DNA from: an uncultured Candidatus Entotheonella sp.
GTDB lineage: Bacteria; Tectomicrobia; Entotheonellia; Entotheonellales; Entotheonellaceae
DNA length: 64,000 bases
Direction: 5' to 3'
Assembly: GCA_965215335.1 (NCBI GenBank)
Contig: CBDCDA010000002.1
Coordinates: 128,001-192,000, forward strand
Positions 8,614 through 19,743 of this stretch are shown piece after piece (within the stretch, counting starts at the first letter, position 1; every line of letters begins with the position of its first letter). The notes under the pieces were generated by a model that did no database searches, was not told the DNA's origin, and was given only the letters and a program-made list of their open reading frames with translations. The position numbers and the translations under genes were made by a program.

Positions 8614-11600
8614 TTACGTCAGGGCTGCCAGGGCCGTTTCCACGTTGTTCATCTCCGCCTCGCACGCCGCCAGGCGGTCGCGCTCCTTCTGCACGACCTC
8701 CGGGTTCGCCTTGCTGAGAAACTGCTCGTTGGCCAGCTTGCGCTGCGAACCGGCCATGCGGCCGCGAAGCTGGTCCCGCTGCTTGGTCAGGCGGTGGCGT
8801 TCCTTCGTCGTGTCGATCACGCCCGGGACATAAACTTCAACACTGCCCACCACCGCGGTGGCCGCATCCGGGGTGCGTTGGACGTCGGACGCGACGTCGA
8901 CGGCATCCAGGCGCGCCATGTTCATGAGCAGGTCGGTCATACCGCGCAACGTCCCGGCATCCGCGTTATTGGCCCGGATGCGGGCGGAGAGCCGGGCTTG
9001 CGGCGGAATCGTATATCGGCTGCGCAAGTCCCGAATCCCGCGCACGACTTCCTGCAGAAACGCGATGCGCTGCTCCACGGCGGCGTCCTGCCAGGCCGGT
9101 TCTGCGGTGGGCCAGGGGGCATGGATCAGCAGCGACGAGACCGCCAACGGCTCATCGATGCCGCGCTGCGGCGCCTGCTCGTCGAGGGCTTCCCAGAGGC
9201 GCTCGGTCAGGTACGGCACAAATGGGTGAAAGAGACGCAACACCTGATCGATGGTCACCGCCAGGACCTGTCGCGCAACGCCGGCCCGAGCAGCGTCGCG
9301 CAAGCGTGGCTTGATGAATTCGAGGTACCAGTCGCACAACTCGCCCCAGAAGAAATCCCGCGCTGCCCATAGCGCGGCTGCCGGATTATAGGAAGACAAG
9401 TGGCCGTGCACGACCTCGACGGCGTGGGAAAGCCGCGACAGAATCCAGCGATCTTCGAGGGCGAGATCATCGGCCTGCAAGGGCTGAAAAGCAGCGTCCG
9501 CAAGATTCATGAGGGCAAAGCGCACGGCGTTCAGCAGCTTGTTGCAGAAATTGCGGCCCGCCTCGAAGCGTTCGCTCACCAGCTTGGCCGCCGGCACGTC
9601 GGGCATGGTGCCGAGAACGTCGAACTCCTTGCCCGTGGCCGGACACAGGTAGGTGAAGATGCTCTGCCCGTGCGGCGCCGTGGCCAGATCGATGAGGTCG
9701 CCCGTGTACGGCGAGATCGCCTGCACCGGCAGGCGGATGTCCTGCATGCCGGTCTGCATGTCGCACAGGACGTAGCGCATGGCGTCGGCGCCGTAGCGTT
9801 CGATGATGTCCACGGGGTCGATGCCGTTACCCTTGGACTTGCTCATCCGTTCGCCCTTGCCGTCCAGGATGTTGGCGTGGATGAACACGTCGGTGAACGG
9901 CACGTCGCCCATGTTGTACAGGCCCATGATGACCATGCGGGCCACCCACAGGGTGATGATGTCGCGCCCGGTCACCAGACAGGAACCCGGATAATAATAG
10001 GACAGGGTGTCGGGGAAGCCGTTCTGGCTGCGCAGGGGTGGCTGAGCGGCGTCGACCTGGGCGGTTTCCGGGTCGGGCCAGCCGAGGGTGCTTTGCGGCC
10101 ACAAACCGCTGGAAAACCAGGTGTCGAGCACATCGGGGTCCTGTGTCAGGCCCTGATCGGCGCATATCCGGGCCAGAGCCGTCTCGGCTTCGAAGTCCCG
10201 CAGACAGGCCATGACTTCGACCTCGCCGGCGGTGAAGGATTCGGGCAAGCCGCACGCGTCGTCGGGGCTTTGCAGCATGGCGCTCGCCCCGCTGGCGTCG
10301 ACCAGACGCAAACACAGGTCGCCGCGCCCGAGATGCGGGGTAAGCGTGCTCAAAACATCTTGCACGGCGGTGCCCGTGAACGTGCCGGCCCACACCGGGA
10401 TGCGATGCCCCCACCAGAGCTGGCGGCTGATGCACCAGTCCCGTTTCTCGCCCAGCCATTGCAGATAGGTATTGCCGTAGCGCACCGGATCGGGATGGAA
10501 GCTGACGTTGCGGTCGGTCGGCGAGCGCCAGGCGCCCTGCGCCGCATCCATGGCAGCCTGCGCCAGACCCGGCGCCACAAAGGCGTTCGGGGTGCCGCGC
10601 CCGCAGACGATGCCGCCGTCAACGTCTCCCATTCTGACGAACCACTGCCTGGAGAGGTACGGCTCGATCGGCGTCTTGGAGCGGTCCGAGTGGCCGATCT
10701 CGATGTCGCGCGCTTCCCTGGCTTCCAGCAGATCGTGCGCCTGCAAATCCGCCACCACGCGCTCGCGGGCCACGAATCGGTCCAGCCCCGCGTAGGGCCC
10801 GGTGTTGGCGTTCAGGGTGCCGTCTTCGTTGAGGATGTTGATGCGGTCGATGGCGTGCTGGTGCCGCGTCCACACGTCATAGTCGTTCGGATCGTGCGCC
10901 GGGGTGATCTTCACGCAGCCGCTGCCGAGTTCGGGCTTGGCCCACTCGTCGCAAATCAGCGGCATGAGGCGGTCCAGCAGGGGAAGACGCACCTGGCGAC
11001 CCTCCCGAGCCATGCGGACCAGGGCGAGCAGCGTCGGCAGGTGGCTGGCCTGCCGCACTTCGAGGCGGGCCACCTCCTCCGCCAGGGCGGCTTGCTCGCG
11101 CGGCGGCGCCTGCGCCAGGCGGTGCCGCGTCTCGGCGATGCGGGCCGCGAGAACACCCGCCGGGTCGGGGTGACAGGCCACTGCGGTGTCGCCGAGCATG
11201 GTCTCCGGGCGCGTCGTGGCCACTACCATGTGGGTCGGTTCGCCGGGCCGCGGGTCCACAATCGGGTAGCGCAGGTAGTAGAAATGGCCCTGCACGGCCT
11301 CGTAAACGATCTCGTCGTCGGCGACGGCCGTTTGCAGTTGACAGTCCCAGTTGACCAACCGATGACCGCGAAAGATCAGGCCGTCGCGGAACATCGCAAA
11401 GAACGTCCAGCGCACCGCGTGCGCGCATACCGGGTCCATGGTGAAGCGCTGGCGGTCCCAGTCGCACGAGCACCCCATGCTCTGCTGCTGCTGGACGATG
11501 CGCTTCTGGTACTGGTCTTTCCACGCCCAGATGCGCTTTTCCAGCCCGGCGCGCCCCACGTCGTGGCGCGTCTTGCCCTCCAGTTCCAGCAGACGCTTCT

Positions 11601-11883
11601 CCACGACGGCCTGGGTGGCGATGCCGGCGTGGTCGGTACCGGGCATCCACAGCGCATTGTCGCCCATCATGCGGTGCCAGCGGATCAGCAGGTCCTGCAT
11701 GACGTTGTCCATGGCATGGCCCATGTGCAGGGCGCCGGTGACGTTGGGCAGCGGCATCATGATGACATAGGGATGCGGGTTGTCGTCCGGAAGTGCTGCA
11801 AACGCCCTGGCATTCAGCCAGCGGTCGAAGATACGCTTTTCGATTTCCGCGGGGGCGTATTGTCTGGGTAGCTCACTGGGCAT
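8614..11883 (-). CDS. valS: Valine--tRNA ligase (long form with several insertions)
   Basis: PNVTGALHMGHA (HIGH), GTDHAGIATQ, ATTRPETMLGD, DWCISRQLWWGH, DVLDTWFSS, RMSKSKGN, C-terminal coiled coil; SD AAGGAAGG before ATG 11883. Confidence 0.97.
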   Translation of the reverse strand: MPSELPRQYAPAEIEKRIFDRWLNARAFAALPDDNPHPYVIMMPLPNVTGALHMGHAMDNVMQDLLIRWHRMMGDNALWMPGTDHAGIATQAVVEKRLLELEGKTRHDVGRAGLEKRIWAWKDQYQKRIVQQQQSMGCSCDWDRQRFTMDPVCAHAVRWTFFAMFRDGLIFRGHRLVNWDCQLQTAVADDEIVYEAVQGHFYYLRYPIVDPRPGEPTHMVVATTRPETMLGDTAVACHPDPAGVLAARIAETRHRLAQAPPREQAALAEEVARLEVRQASHLPTLLALVRMAREGRQVRLPLLDRLMPLICDEWAKPELGSGCVKITPAHDPNDYDVWTRHQHAIDRINILNEDGTLNANTGPYAGLDRFVARERVVADLQAHDLLEAREARDIEIGHSDRSKTPIEPYLSRQWFVRMGDVDGGIVCGRGTPNAFVAPGLAQAAMDAAQGAWRSPTDRNVSFHPDPVRYGNTYLQWLGEKRDWCISRQLWWGHRIPVWAGTFTGTAVQDVLSTLTPHLGRGDLCLRLVDASGASAMLQSPDDACGLPESFTAGEVEVMACLRDFEAETALARICADQGLTQDPDVLDTWFSSGLWPQSTLGWPDPETAQVDAAQPPLRSQNGFPDTLSYYYPGSCLVTGRDIITLWVARMVIMGLYNMGDVPFTDVFIHANILDGKGERMSKSKGNGIDPVDIIERYGADAMRYVLCDMQTGMQDIRLPVQAISPYTGDLIDLATAPHGQSIFTYLCPATGKEFDVLGTMPDVPAAKLVSERFEAGRNFCNKLLNAVRFALMNLADAAFQPLQADDLALEDRWILSRLSHAVEVVHGHLSSYNPAAALWAARDFFWGELCDWYLEFIKPRLRDAARAGVARQVLAVTIDQVLRLFHPFVPYLTERLWEALDEQAPQRGIDEPLAVSSLLIHAPWPTAEPAWQDAAVEQRIAFLQEVVRGIRDLRSRYTIPPQARLSARIRANNADAGTLRGMTDLLMNMARLDAVDVASDVQRTPDAATAVVGSVEVYVPGVIDTTKERHRLTKQRDQLRGRMAGSQRKLANEQFLSKANPEVVQKERDRLAACEAEMNNVETALAALT

Positions 11884-11973
11884 GGAACCGCCTTCCTTCA
11901 GCTTGAAAACCATGGTGGGTTGGCCACCCGCTGGTGGACGCCGGCGGGTCCTGTCAAGGCTGGAAAGCGGGGC

Positions 11974-12002
11974 ATTCTAGACCTGCCGAAACGAGCACGC
12001 AA
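11974..12002 (-). promoter_or_regulatory. Putative sigma70 promoter for valS
   Basis: Minus strand TTGCGT-N17-TAGAAT. Confidence 0.45.
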
Positions 12003-12176
12003 CTCGGCAGAGCGTCCCGGGCCCGTGTTCATGACGCCTTTACCCGTGGCTTGCAGTGCCCAGATGAATGTGCGACACTTGCTGCTTGGCTTTACATTTT
12101 GGTCAGCAGGCAACCTCCTTGATTACAGGCGTCCTGGCGCCGAATCGTCGGGGGTGCGGTTGCGCCGATTGTCGAG

Positions 12177-12251
12177 GGTGGGCGTAGCTCAGTTCGGTAG
12201 AGCACTGGATTGTGGCTCCAGTGGTCGTGGGTTCAAATCCCATCGCTCACC
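12177..12251 (+). tRNA. tRNA-His (GTG)
   Basis: Acceptor GTGGGCG/CGCTCAC, G-1 and C73, anticodon arm CTGGA-TT GTG GC-TCCAG, TTCAAAT T-loop; CCA not encoded. Confidence 0.95.
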
Positions 12252-12308
12252 TTCACAAACGATCTTTTGATTCTCAAAGGCGTACCGCGGAGGGCGTATT
12301 GCAGGACC

Positions 12309-12381
12309 GGGCCGCTAGCTCAACTGGTAGAGCAACGGACTCTTAATCCGTCGGTTGAAGGTTCGATTCCTTCGCGGCTCA
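12309..12381 (+). tRNA. tRNA-Lys (CTT)
   Basis: Acceptor GGGCCGC/GCGGCTC, anticodon arm ACGGA-CT CTT AA-TCCGT, GTTCGATTC; CCA not encoded. Confidence 0.95.
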
Positions 12382-12386
12382 TCCTC

Positions 12387-12470
12387 GGCTGCCTGGTGAA
12401 ATTGGTAGACACGCTGGCCTTAGGAGCCAGTACCCTGACAGGTGTCCGAGTTCGAGTCTCGGGGCAGCCA
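12387..12470 (+). tRNA. tRNA-Leu (TAG)
   Basis: Acceptor GGCTGCC/GGCAGCC, anticodon arm CTGGC-CT TAG GA-GCCAG, long variable arm, GTTCGAGTC; CCA not encoded. Confidence 0.93.
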
Positions 12471-12525
12471 TTCCAGGACACCCGCGTATTAGGAAGGGCA
12501 GGCAAGGCATTGGGAACATCGAGCG

Positions 12526-13845
12526 ATGAAAGTTGAGGTCGGACAGACAAACCCTTGCGAACGGCGTTTGACGATCGAACTGCCGGCTGAGCGGGTGCAA
12601 CGAGAAATGAACGCGATCTACGGGGGTCTTCAGAAGCGCGTCAAAGTCCCGGGCTTTCGGCAGGGCAAGGTCCCCCGGTCCATACTGGAAAACCACTATC
12701 ACCACAGCGTCGAACAGGAAATCCTGCAGAAGCTGATTCCCGAAGCGCTTTCCGAGGCCATGACGCAAGAGAACTTGCAGGCGGTCGGGGAGCCGCAGAT
12801 CGATCACGTCGACCTGGCCAAGGACCGCCCCTTCCAGTTCGTGGCAACCACGCAAATCATCCCCGAAATCGTGCTGTCCGATTACCGTTCCTGGAGCGTC
12901 ACCCGGCACGTTCCACCCGTTACGGACGAGCATCTCGAACAAGCGATGCAGCAATTGCGCGAGCGCCATGCGGAGTTGCGCACGGTGAGCGGACGGGCGG
13001 TGCGCGAACACGACTTTGTGATCGCCAACTACCAGGGCTCTTTTGAGGGCTCTGACATTCCCGCCATACACGGCACCCAAGTGACCCTGGAAGTGGGCGC
13101 CGGACAGGTGCTGCCGGAGATCGAACAAGGGGTCGTCGGGATGATGGAGGGTGAGGAAAAGAACATTCCGATCACGCTTCCTGAAGACTACCGCAACGCT
13201 GCCCTGGCCGGCGAAACCATTGAAATTCGCCTCGCGGCGGTCGAGATCAAGGAGAAAGTCCTGCCGGATCTGGACGATGAATTCGCGCGCGCCTACGAAG
13301 ACGCCGACTCGTTGGACCGCTTACGGGAGCGTCTGCGGTCCGATGTCGAAACCGCCATCGGCGAGCGCGCCGACGCCGAGGTGCGGGCGGATATTCTCAA
13401 ACGGTTGGTGGACGAGAACACGTTCGAGGTACCGGAGGTTCTCGTGCATGAACAGATGCGGCGGGCGTATCTGCAAGGAGTACGAGCTGCAAAGGGTGGC
13501 CAATTGGACGAGGCCGATTTCAACGTGGACGTGGCGGCTTTGGATGAAACGTTTAGGACGCAGGCGCGCGAGTTGGTGCGCGGGCAGTTGATTTTGCACC
13601 ATATCGGCATCCAGGCCGGCATTATCGTTACGCCGGAAGAAGTGAATGCCGAAGTTGCCAGGCTGGCAAGCCGCATGGCGCAAAACCCGGAGGCCCTGAA
13701 GCAGACGCTGCAACGCAATGGCACCCTGAGCGGTATCGAAAACGGCCTGCGGGACGACAAAATCTTCGCGGCCATCCTGGCCGACGTGCAGGTGACCGAC
13801 AGCACCGCCGAACGGGAAGCCATGACAGAAACGTCAGAGACTTGA
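12526..13845 (+). CDS. tig: Trigger factor
   Basis: PGFRQGKVP signature, FKBP-like middle domain, tRNA-Leu-tig-clpP-clpX context. Confidence 0.95.
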   Translation: MKVEVGQTNPCERRLTIELPAERVQREMNAIYGGLQKRVKVPGFRQGKVPRSILENHYHHSVEQEILQKLIPEALSEAMTQENLQAVGEPQIDHVDLAKDRPFQFVATTQIIPEIVLSDYRSWSVTRHVPPVTDEHLEQAMQQLRERHAELRTVSGRAVREHDFVIANYQGSFEGSDIPAIHGTQVTLEVGAGQVLPEIEQGVVGMMEGEEKNIPITLPEDYRNAALAGETIEIRLAAVEIKEKVLPDLDDEFARAYEDADSLDRLRERLRSDVETAIGERADAEVRADILKRLVDENTFEVPEVLVHEQMRRAYLQGVRAAKGGQLDEADFNVDVAALDETFRTQARELVRGQLILHHIGIQAGIIVTPEEVNAEVARLASRMAQNPEALKQTLQRNGTLSGIENGLRDDKIFAAILADVQVTDSTAEREAMTETSET

Positions 13846-13889
13846 GCCGGTGCGGGAACGTCGCAAACGGAGGAGGCGCAGGGAAGGAC

Positions 13890-14510
13890 ATGGCGTTGAT
13901 ACCCATGGTCGTCGAGCAGACCAATCGCGGCGAGCGCGCGTATGACATTTATTCGCGGCTCCTCAAGGATCGCATCGTTTTCATCGGCTCACCGATTAAC
14001 GATGTGATTGCGAATCTCATCATTGCGCAGCTGCTCTTTCTGGAAGCGGATGATCCTGACCAGGACATCGCCTTCTACATCAACAGCCCTGGCGGTTCGG
14101 TCACGGCGGGTTTGGCGATCTACGACACCATGCAATACATCCGTCCCGATGTGGCCACCATCTGCATCGGCATGGCGGCCAGCGCCGCGGCCCTGCTACT
14201 GACGGCCGGATGTACCGGCAAACGCTTTGCCCTGCCGCATTCGACCATCATGATTCACCAGCCCATGGGCGGCATGCAGGGCCAAGCCACCGACATCGAG
14301 ATCCATGCCCGCGAGATTCTCCGTGTGCGCAGCGTACTCAACGACATTCTGGTGCGCCACACCGGACAGCCGCAGAGCAAGATCGAGGAAGATACCGAAC
14401 GGGACCGCTTCATGACGCCGGAAGAGGCACGGATCTATGGTCTCATCGACGAGGTGATCGTGGCGCGCAACGGCAAGCCGGCAGCGCTGCCCGACGGGGG
14501 CGACGGATGA
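13890..14510 (+). CDS. clpP: ATP-dependent Clp protease proteolytic subunit
   Basis: [34 protein letters not shown] (Ser), IMIHQP (His), ERDRFM (Asp). Confidence 0.97.
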   Translation: MALIPMVVEQTNRGERAYDIYSRLLKDRIVFIGSPINDVIANLIIAQLLFLEADDPDQDIAFYINSPGGSVTAGLAIYDTMQYIRPDVATICIGMAASAAALLLTAGCTGKRFALPHSTIMIHQPMGGMQGQATDIEIHAREILRVRSVLNDILVRHTGQPQSKIEEDTERDRFMTPEEARIYGLIDEVIVARNGKPAALPDGGDG

Positions 14511-14571
14511 CTCGAATTCGGGGTCCCAGAGGCCGGCTGTTACGACATTTCATGGCATTGGAGGAGCGCTG

Positions 14572-15810
14572 ATGCCACGCAAAGACACGCAGGGTGACAA
14601 GCTGCGGTGCTCGTTTTGTGGCAAGAATCAGGACGAGGTAAGGCGGCTCATCGCCGGCCCGACCGTGTATATCTGTGACGAATGTATTGATCTCTGCAAC
14701 GACATCATTCTCGAAGAAGGGGCAAACGAAAAGGCCGCGGTCATGCAGCGCCTGCCGACCCCCAAGGAGATCAACCAGCGGCTCGACGAATACATCATCG
14801 GCCAGGTGCAGGCCAAGAAAGTGCTGTCGGTAGCGGTGTACAACCACTACAAGCGCATCGAGGCAAACGCGGGTTCGAATGACGTCGAGTTGCAGAAAAG
14901 CAACGTGCTGCTCATCGGCCCGACCGGCTCCGGCAAGACGCTGTTGGCGCAGACGCTGGCCCGCATTCTGGACGTGCCGTTCACCATTGCGGATGCGACC
15001 ACGCTGACCGAGGCGGGCTACGTGGGCGAGGATGTCGAGAACATCATCCTGCGCTTGCTGCAGGCGGCCGATTACGATGTGCAGCGCGCCGAGCGGGGCA
15101 TCATCTACATAGACGAGATCGACAAGATCAGCCGCAAGGCCGAAAACCCCTCCATCACCCGTGACGTCTCTGGCGAGGGCGTGCAGCAGGCCCTGTTGAA
15201 GATCATTGAAGGCACCGTGGCCAGCGTCCCCCCTGCGGGGGGACGCAAGCACCCGCATCAGGAATTCCTGCAGGTCGATACCACGGATATACTTTTTGTC
15301 TGCGGCGGTGCGTTTCACGGATTGGAGAAGCTCATCGAGCAGCGCCTGAGCAAACGCACCATGGGGTTCGAAGCCCGGCTTTATTCCAGAAATGACGAGC
15401 CGCTGGGCGAAATCCTATCGCGCGTGCAGCCCGAGGACCTGCTCAAGAACGGTCTCATTCCGGAATTCGTGGGTCGCCTGCCCATCGTGGCGACACTCGA
15501 GGAACTCACCGAGGACGACTTCGTGCGTATCCTCACGGCCCCCAAGAACGCTCTCGTCCGGCAGTACCAGAAGTATTTCGATTTTGAAGAGGTGGCGCTC
15601 ACGTTCACCGACGATGCGCTTCAGGCCATTGCCCAAGAGGCATTACGCCGCAAGACCGGCGCCCGCGGGCTGCGGTCGATCCTGGAAGAGGTGATGCTCG
15701 AAACGATGTACGAGCTGCCTTCCCGGAAGGACATTCAGACGTGCACGATCACCCGTGACGTGGTCACCAAACGGCAGCAGCCGGCGCCGTTTTTCAGGCA
15801 AGCCAGCTAG
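14572..15810 (+). CDS. clpX: ATP-dependent Clp protease ATP-binding subunit ClpX
   Basis: CSFCGK zinc finger, [29 protein letters not shown] loop, GARGLR. Confidence 0.98.
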   Translation: MPRKDTQGDKLRCSFCGKNQDEVRRLIAGPTVYICDECIDLCNDIILEEGANEKAAVMQRLPTPKEINQRLDEYIIGQVQAKKVLSVAVYNHYKRIEANAGSNDVELQKSNVLLIGPTGSGKTLLAQTLARILDVPFTIADATTLTEAGYVGEDVENIILRLLQAADYDVQRAERGIIYIDEIDKISRKAENPSITRDVSGEGVQQALLKIIEGTVASVPPAGGRKHPHQEFLQVDTTDILFVCGGAFHGLEKLIEQRLSKRTMGFEARLYSRNDEPLGEILSRVQPEDLLKNGLIPEFVGRLPIVATLEELTEDDFVRILTAPKNALVRQYQKYFDFEEVALTFTDDALQAIAQEALRRKTGARGLRSILEEVMLETMYELPSRKDIQTCTITRDVVTKRQQPAPFFRQAS

Positions 15811-17357
15811 CCAGCTTTGGACTTGGCAGCCGGTGCCGGCATGCTCTCCAGGGTTTCCACCAGCAGGCGGATGCCCCAGCCGGTCGAGCCCTTGGGCACG
15901 TACGGCTTGCCCTCGCGCGTCCAGGCCATACCGGCGATGTCGAGATGCACCCAGGGGATGTCGCCGACGAATTCCTTGAGGAAGGCACCGCCGATGATGG
16001 AGCCAGCCTCGCGCCCGCCGCCGGTGTTCTTGATGTCCGCGAAGTCGCTCTTGATCTGCTTGCTGTATTCGTCGAACAGCGGGAGCTGCCAGACCCGTTC
16101 GGCGCAGCGCTCACCCGCTTCGCGCAGCCGCGTCATCATGTCGTCGTCGGTGCCCATCATGCCGGTGGCCTGGTTGCCCAGGGCGACCACCACGGCGCCG
16201 GTCAGGGTGGCCAGATCGATGATACAGGCGGGCTTGTATGTTTCCACGGCATACGACAGGGCGTCGGCGAGGATCAGGCGGCCCTCGGCGTCGGTGTTGA
16301 TCACCTCGACGGTTTTGCCCGACATGGCGCGCAGGATGTCACCGGGTTTAACCGCCGTGCCGCTCGGCAGATTCTCCGAGGCCGGAACCAGGCCCACCAC
16401 GCGGCGGGGATAATTCAGGCGCGCCAGTGCCTGCATGGTTCCGAGCACCGCGGCGCCGCCAGACATGTCCATTTTCATGTCTTCCATGCCGCCCGCCGGC
16501 TTGATCGAAATGCCCCCGCTGTCGAAGGTCAGCCCCTTGCCCACCAGCACGACCGGGGCGCCGGCGGCGCCCCGGGGCGAGTGTTCCAGAATGATGAAGG
16601 CCGGCGGCTGCGCGCTGCCCTGCGCGACGCCCAGCAGGCAGCCCATGTTCAGTTCTTTCATTTCCACCGGGTCCAGGAGACGGCAGCGCAGCGAGGTGGT
16701 TCTCGCCAGGGTTTGGGCGGTGGTGGCCAGGTAAGAAGGATTGACGTCGTTACCCGGACTGTTGCCCAGGTCACGGGCCAGGGTGACGGCCTCGGCAATC
16801 ACCTGGCCCCGCTCGGCGCCGCGCTGCATCTGGCTGGCAAGCCTTGTCCCGCCCGCCCCCGATGCGCTGGCGGCCAGGAGGGTCAGTTGCTCCAGGGCGT
16901 CCGGGCCGGCCTCGTCGTCTGCGGTTTTGTACTTCCTCAGCGCATACAGACCCAGGAGGGCGCCTTCCGTGACGGCTTGTGCGAGATCGACAGCGGTGGC
17001 AGACATGGCGGGCGGCAGCACCGCGAGGCGGGCGGCGCCGAGCTTGCGCGTCGTGGTTGCAGCGGTGGCGCCTGCTTGGCGCAGATGCTCCAGCTCGCGC
17101 GGCGGCGACTTCTCGCCCAGACCTACCAGCAGGACGCGCGGCGCCGCTATCTTGCCGCGCGTGCGGAGCAGCGCCGTGCCGTTCAGCGCGCCCTTGAAAT
17201 CGCCACTCTCGATATAGTCGCCGATCAGCCCCTCAAGGCGCGTGTCGAGCTGAGCCGCCGCGCCCCTCGTGCCTACCGTTGCGTCCTGCCAGAGCGGCAC
17301 TGCCAACACATCTGCCGCGACCGCCTCGGGCTTGTCTCGTTTAATCTCGATAAGCAT
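15807..17357 (-). CDS. pepA: Leucyl aminopeptidase (M17)
   Basis: [44 protein letters not shown]. Confidence 0.96.
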   Translation of the reverse strand: MLIEIKRDKPEAVAADVLAVPLWQDATVGTRGAAAQLDTRLEGLIGDYIESGDFKGALNGTALLRTRGKIAAPRVLLVGLGEKSPPRELEHLRQAGATAATTTRKLGAARLAVLPPAMSATAVDLAQAVTEGALLGLYALRKYKTADDEAGPDALEQLTLLAASASGAGGTRLASQMQRGAERGQVIAEAVTLARDLGNSPGNDVNPSYLATTAQTLARTTSLRCRLLDPVEMKELNMGCLLGVAQGSAQPPAFIILEHSPRGAAGAPVVLVGKGLTFDSGGISIKPAGGMEDMKMDMSGGAAVLGTMQALARLNYPRRVVGLVPASENLPSGTAVKPGDILRAMSGKTVEVINTDAEGRLILADALSYAVETYKPACIIDLATLTGAVVVALGNQATGMMGTDDDMMTRLREAGERCAERVWQLPLFDEYSKQIKSDFADIKNTGGGREAGSIIGGAFLKEFVGDIPWVHLDIAGMAWTREGKPYVPKGSTGWGIRLLVETLESMPAPAAKSKAG

Positions 17358-17412
17358 TCCATCCCCTCACTATCACTATGCCGTGTTGTGAATCCCGTGA
17401 ATCAGGGCCTCC

Positions 17413-17441
17413 ACTATACGAACTGGCATGCGGCAATTCAA
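17413..17441 (-). promoter_or_regulatory. Putative sigma70 promoter for pepA
   Basis: Minus strand TTGAAT-N17-TATAGT. Confidence 0.55.
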
Positions 17442-17546
17442 GGCGCCGGACGCTTGATCTGGCGCCTGTTGGCAAGTCGGCGCCGCGCGCGTTTCGGCCT
17501 CTCCAGGAGGCCTCGATTCGACACCAGGAAGAGGGCCTGCAGATTA

Positions 17547-18785
17547 CAGGGTAAGCGCATATGGCATTATCCAGTTAAGACCCGCAGCAGATAGCTGTGA
17601 TCCCACCCGGCCCGTTTTCGTCTGGCCTTCACGCCACGCTTATGACTTGATTCGCGTCGTATCAGGTTCAGGGCGATATGACGCAGCACCGACATCGTTT
17701 GCGCACCCGCGTCTTGACGAATCCGACAGTCGTCTTCCCGAAAGCTCACGTCAAGCACCCAATGGAGCGAATTCTCAATGCCCCAATGCTGCCGCACGGT
17801 TTGCGCAAAACGTTCCGCATCACATCCAAGCGAGGTCAGAAAATAACGCCGCTCACAAGACACCACGTCGCCACGTTCCACCTGTGCCTCAACCATGCCA
17901 ATGCTGGCAATGCCTGCCCACGAGCCCCTCACCCCCAAACACTCAATATCGCTCGTCAGCCAATAGCGGCGCGTCTCAATACGACCATGATCGGCATCGA
18001 CGCTCTGATAATGATCGACCGTCACATCCGTCAGCCCGGTTGTCGTGACCGCGTCGAAAAGGAGCTTGACCTCATTGTGGAGCGTCGCATGGTTGTCTTT
18101 GAGAGCCAAGACATAATCCGCCCCTTGTTCGACGATGCTGCGGGCGACCTCCTTTTGGCATCCCATAGCGTCGATTGTCACCGTCGCCCCGTCCAATGCC
18201 AAAAGCCCAAGCAAGTGGGGAATGGCAGTGATTTCATTGGACTTGTCATCGACCTTGAGTTGACCCAAAACGAGCCGATTGGCACTGGCCCAAGCGCTGA
18301 TCATGTGGATGGCACCCTTGGCCGCAGCGCGGTCAAAGGAGCGCCGCAAGGTCTTGCCATCCATGGCGACAATCTCTCCAGCGAGCGACCCGCGCAGGCT
18401 GTCCGTCCAGTTGATAAAGCACTGGGTGAGTTCTTCCGGCTGAAGCCGAGAGAGCACGCGACGAAAGGTGTCGGGTGAGGGAATGCCATGGGGCAGGTCG
18501 AGAAACTCTTGGAGCCAATCGGCCTGAGCCTGACCATACTCCTCCATATCTTCCCAGCCCTCGGCGCCGCTGATAACGGCACATAGGGCAATCACGAAGA
18601 TGTCAAACAAGGAGTGTCGGATGTTGGGGCCGCGCGGATCACTGACCGAGGCAAAGTGATCCAGGAGTCGGGACGATGCGAGTTTTTCCATGCCCAGTTC
18701 TTCTCCAGGTTGAGTGTCCTGACACGCGATGACTCTGCATAACCTGAATCAGAACGCTGGGCAATCCTCATATGCGCTTACCCTG
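17547..18785 (-). mobile_element. ISAs1-family insertion sequence, complete (1239 bp)
   Basis: Perfect 17-bp IRs CAGGGTAAGCGCATATG (17547-17563; 18769-18785) and 10-bp direct repeat CTGCAGATTA (17537-17546; 18786-18795). Confidence 0.97.
17567..18691 (-). CDS. ISAs1 family transposase
   Basis: DPR...HGIPSPDTF, AMDGKTLR, KSNEITAIP, TIDAMGCQK, HWGIENSLHWVLDVSFREDD. Confidence 0.97.
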   Translation of the reverse strand: MEKLASSRLLDHFASVSDPRGPNIRHSLFDIFVIALCAVISGAEGWEDMEEYGQAQADWLQEFLDLPHGIPSPDTFRRVLSRLQPEELTQCFINWTDSLRGSLAGEIVAMDGKTLRRSFDRAAAKGAIHMISAWASANRLVLGQLKVDDKSNEITAIPHLLGLLALDGATVTIDAMGCQKEVARSIVEQGADYVLALKDNHATLHNEVKLLFDAVTTTGLTDVTVDHYQSVDADHGRIETRRYWLTSDIECLGVRGSWAGIASIGMVEAQVERGDVVSCERRYFLTSLGCDAERFAQTVRQHWGIENSLHWVLDVSFREDDCRIRQDAGAQTMSVLRHIALNLIRRESSHKRGVKARRKRAGWDHSYLLRVLTG

Positions 18786-18803
18786 CTGCAGATTAACGTT
18801 TCC

Positions 18804-18833
18804 TTGACAAGGGTTTTGGGGCGTCGCTATAAT
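18804..18833 (+). promoter_or_regulatory. Consensus sigma70 promoter upstream of yceD-rpmF-plsX
   Basis: TTGACA-N18-TATAAT, both hexamers perfect. Confidence 0.8.
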
Positions 18834-18898
18834 AGGCACCACTAATTCAGGAGTCCCACGCTTCCTCTTGTCCTGTTGATACGCAATAACTTGCAGAG

Positions 18899-19483
18899 AT
18901 GAGGGCAGAGCCCGTGGCGCCGTCACAGCAGGGTAGTGTCGCCGCTTTGGCGGTGGATGTCCTTCGCATACCGGATGAAGGGTTGCCGCTGGATGTGGAG
19001 GTCGGTGCTGAGGAACTAAGCTTGCCCCAGGCGGCGGAGGTTGCCTTCCCGCTTCCCGTGCGCATCCTGGGGCGCCTGACCCGGGTTGCCGAGTCGGTTT
19101 ACTTTCAGGGCACGATTGCCGGGACGATGAGCACGCCGTGCAGCCGTTGCGTGGAGACGACGACGCACGATTTCGAGGTTGAGACGCAGGTCATGTTCCT
19201 GCCGCCGAGCGCCGCCGACTCCCAGGAAGACATCGCGGCGATGGGCTTGGCGGACAAGCCTGATCTCTACATGCATGACGGTATGAAGCTCGACTTGGCG
19301 CCGCCGGTCTACGATCAGGTTGTTCTCGCCTTTCCCGTTCAGCCTTTGTGTCGTCCTGATTGTGCAGGGCTCTGCCAGATCTGCGGAGGCAACCGCAACG
19401 AAGCGTCGTGTGCGTGCCGCGCCGAAAGCGGCGATCCGCGGTTTGCCCTGCTGAAAAACCTTTCATTTTCCGAGCCATCATGA
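18899..19483 (+). CDS. yceD: DUF177/YceD family protein
   Basis: CSRC and PLCRPDCAGLCQICG...C.C...DPRFALL; upstream of rpmF; start uncertain. Confidence 0.9.
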   Translation: MRAEPVAPSQQGSVAALAVDVLRIPDEGLPLDVEVGAEELSLPQAAEVAFPLPVRILGRLTRVAESVYFQGTIAGTMSTPCSRCVETTTHDFEVETQVMFLPPSAADSQEDIAAMGLADKPDLYMHDGMKLDLAPPVYDQVVLAFPVQPLCRPDCAGLCQICGGNRNEASCACRAESGDPRFALLKNLSFSEPS

Positions 19484-19517
19484 CGGAACGACATTCCGTT
19501 CCAAGGATGTATCCCAA

Positions 19518-19694
19518 ATGGGTGTGCCAAAACGTAAGACATCAAGGGCGCGTCGTGACAAACGGCGTCTTCATCAACGCCTGCACGTGCCGAGCCTGAG
19601 CACCTGTCCCCAATGCGGCGCAGCGCAGCTTCCCCATCGTATTTGCCCAAGTTGCGGGTTCTACAAGGAACGCGAGATCATTGCCGTGCAATAG
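19518..19694 (+). CDS. rpmF: 50S ribosomal protein L32 (zinc-ribbon form)
   Basis: Absent from the ORF track; translates MGVPKRKTSRARRDKRRLHQRLHVPSLSTCPQCGAAQLPHRICPSCGFYKEREIIAVQ. Confidence 0.97.
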   Translation: MGVPKRKTSRARRDKRRLHQRLHVPSLSTCPQCGAAQLPHRICPSCGFYKEREIIAVQ

Positions 19695-19743
19695 GACCCC
19701 GGCCGCTCCTCGGCGCCTGCCCTCGTCAAGGTGTCATGATCTA

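Noticed and set aside
9400..11871. 823-aa plus-strand ORF
   Set aside because: Antisense shadow of valS; no motifs; expected in high-GC DNA.
11884..12170. T-box riboswitch upstream of valS
   Set aside because: No T-box consensus (TGGNACC) antiterminator or terminator recognised; the leader after the predicted promoter is too short.
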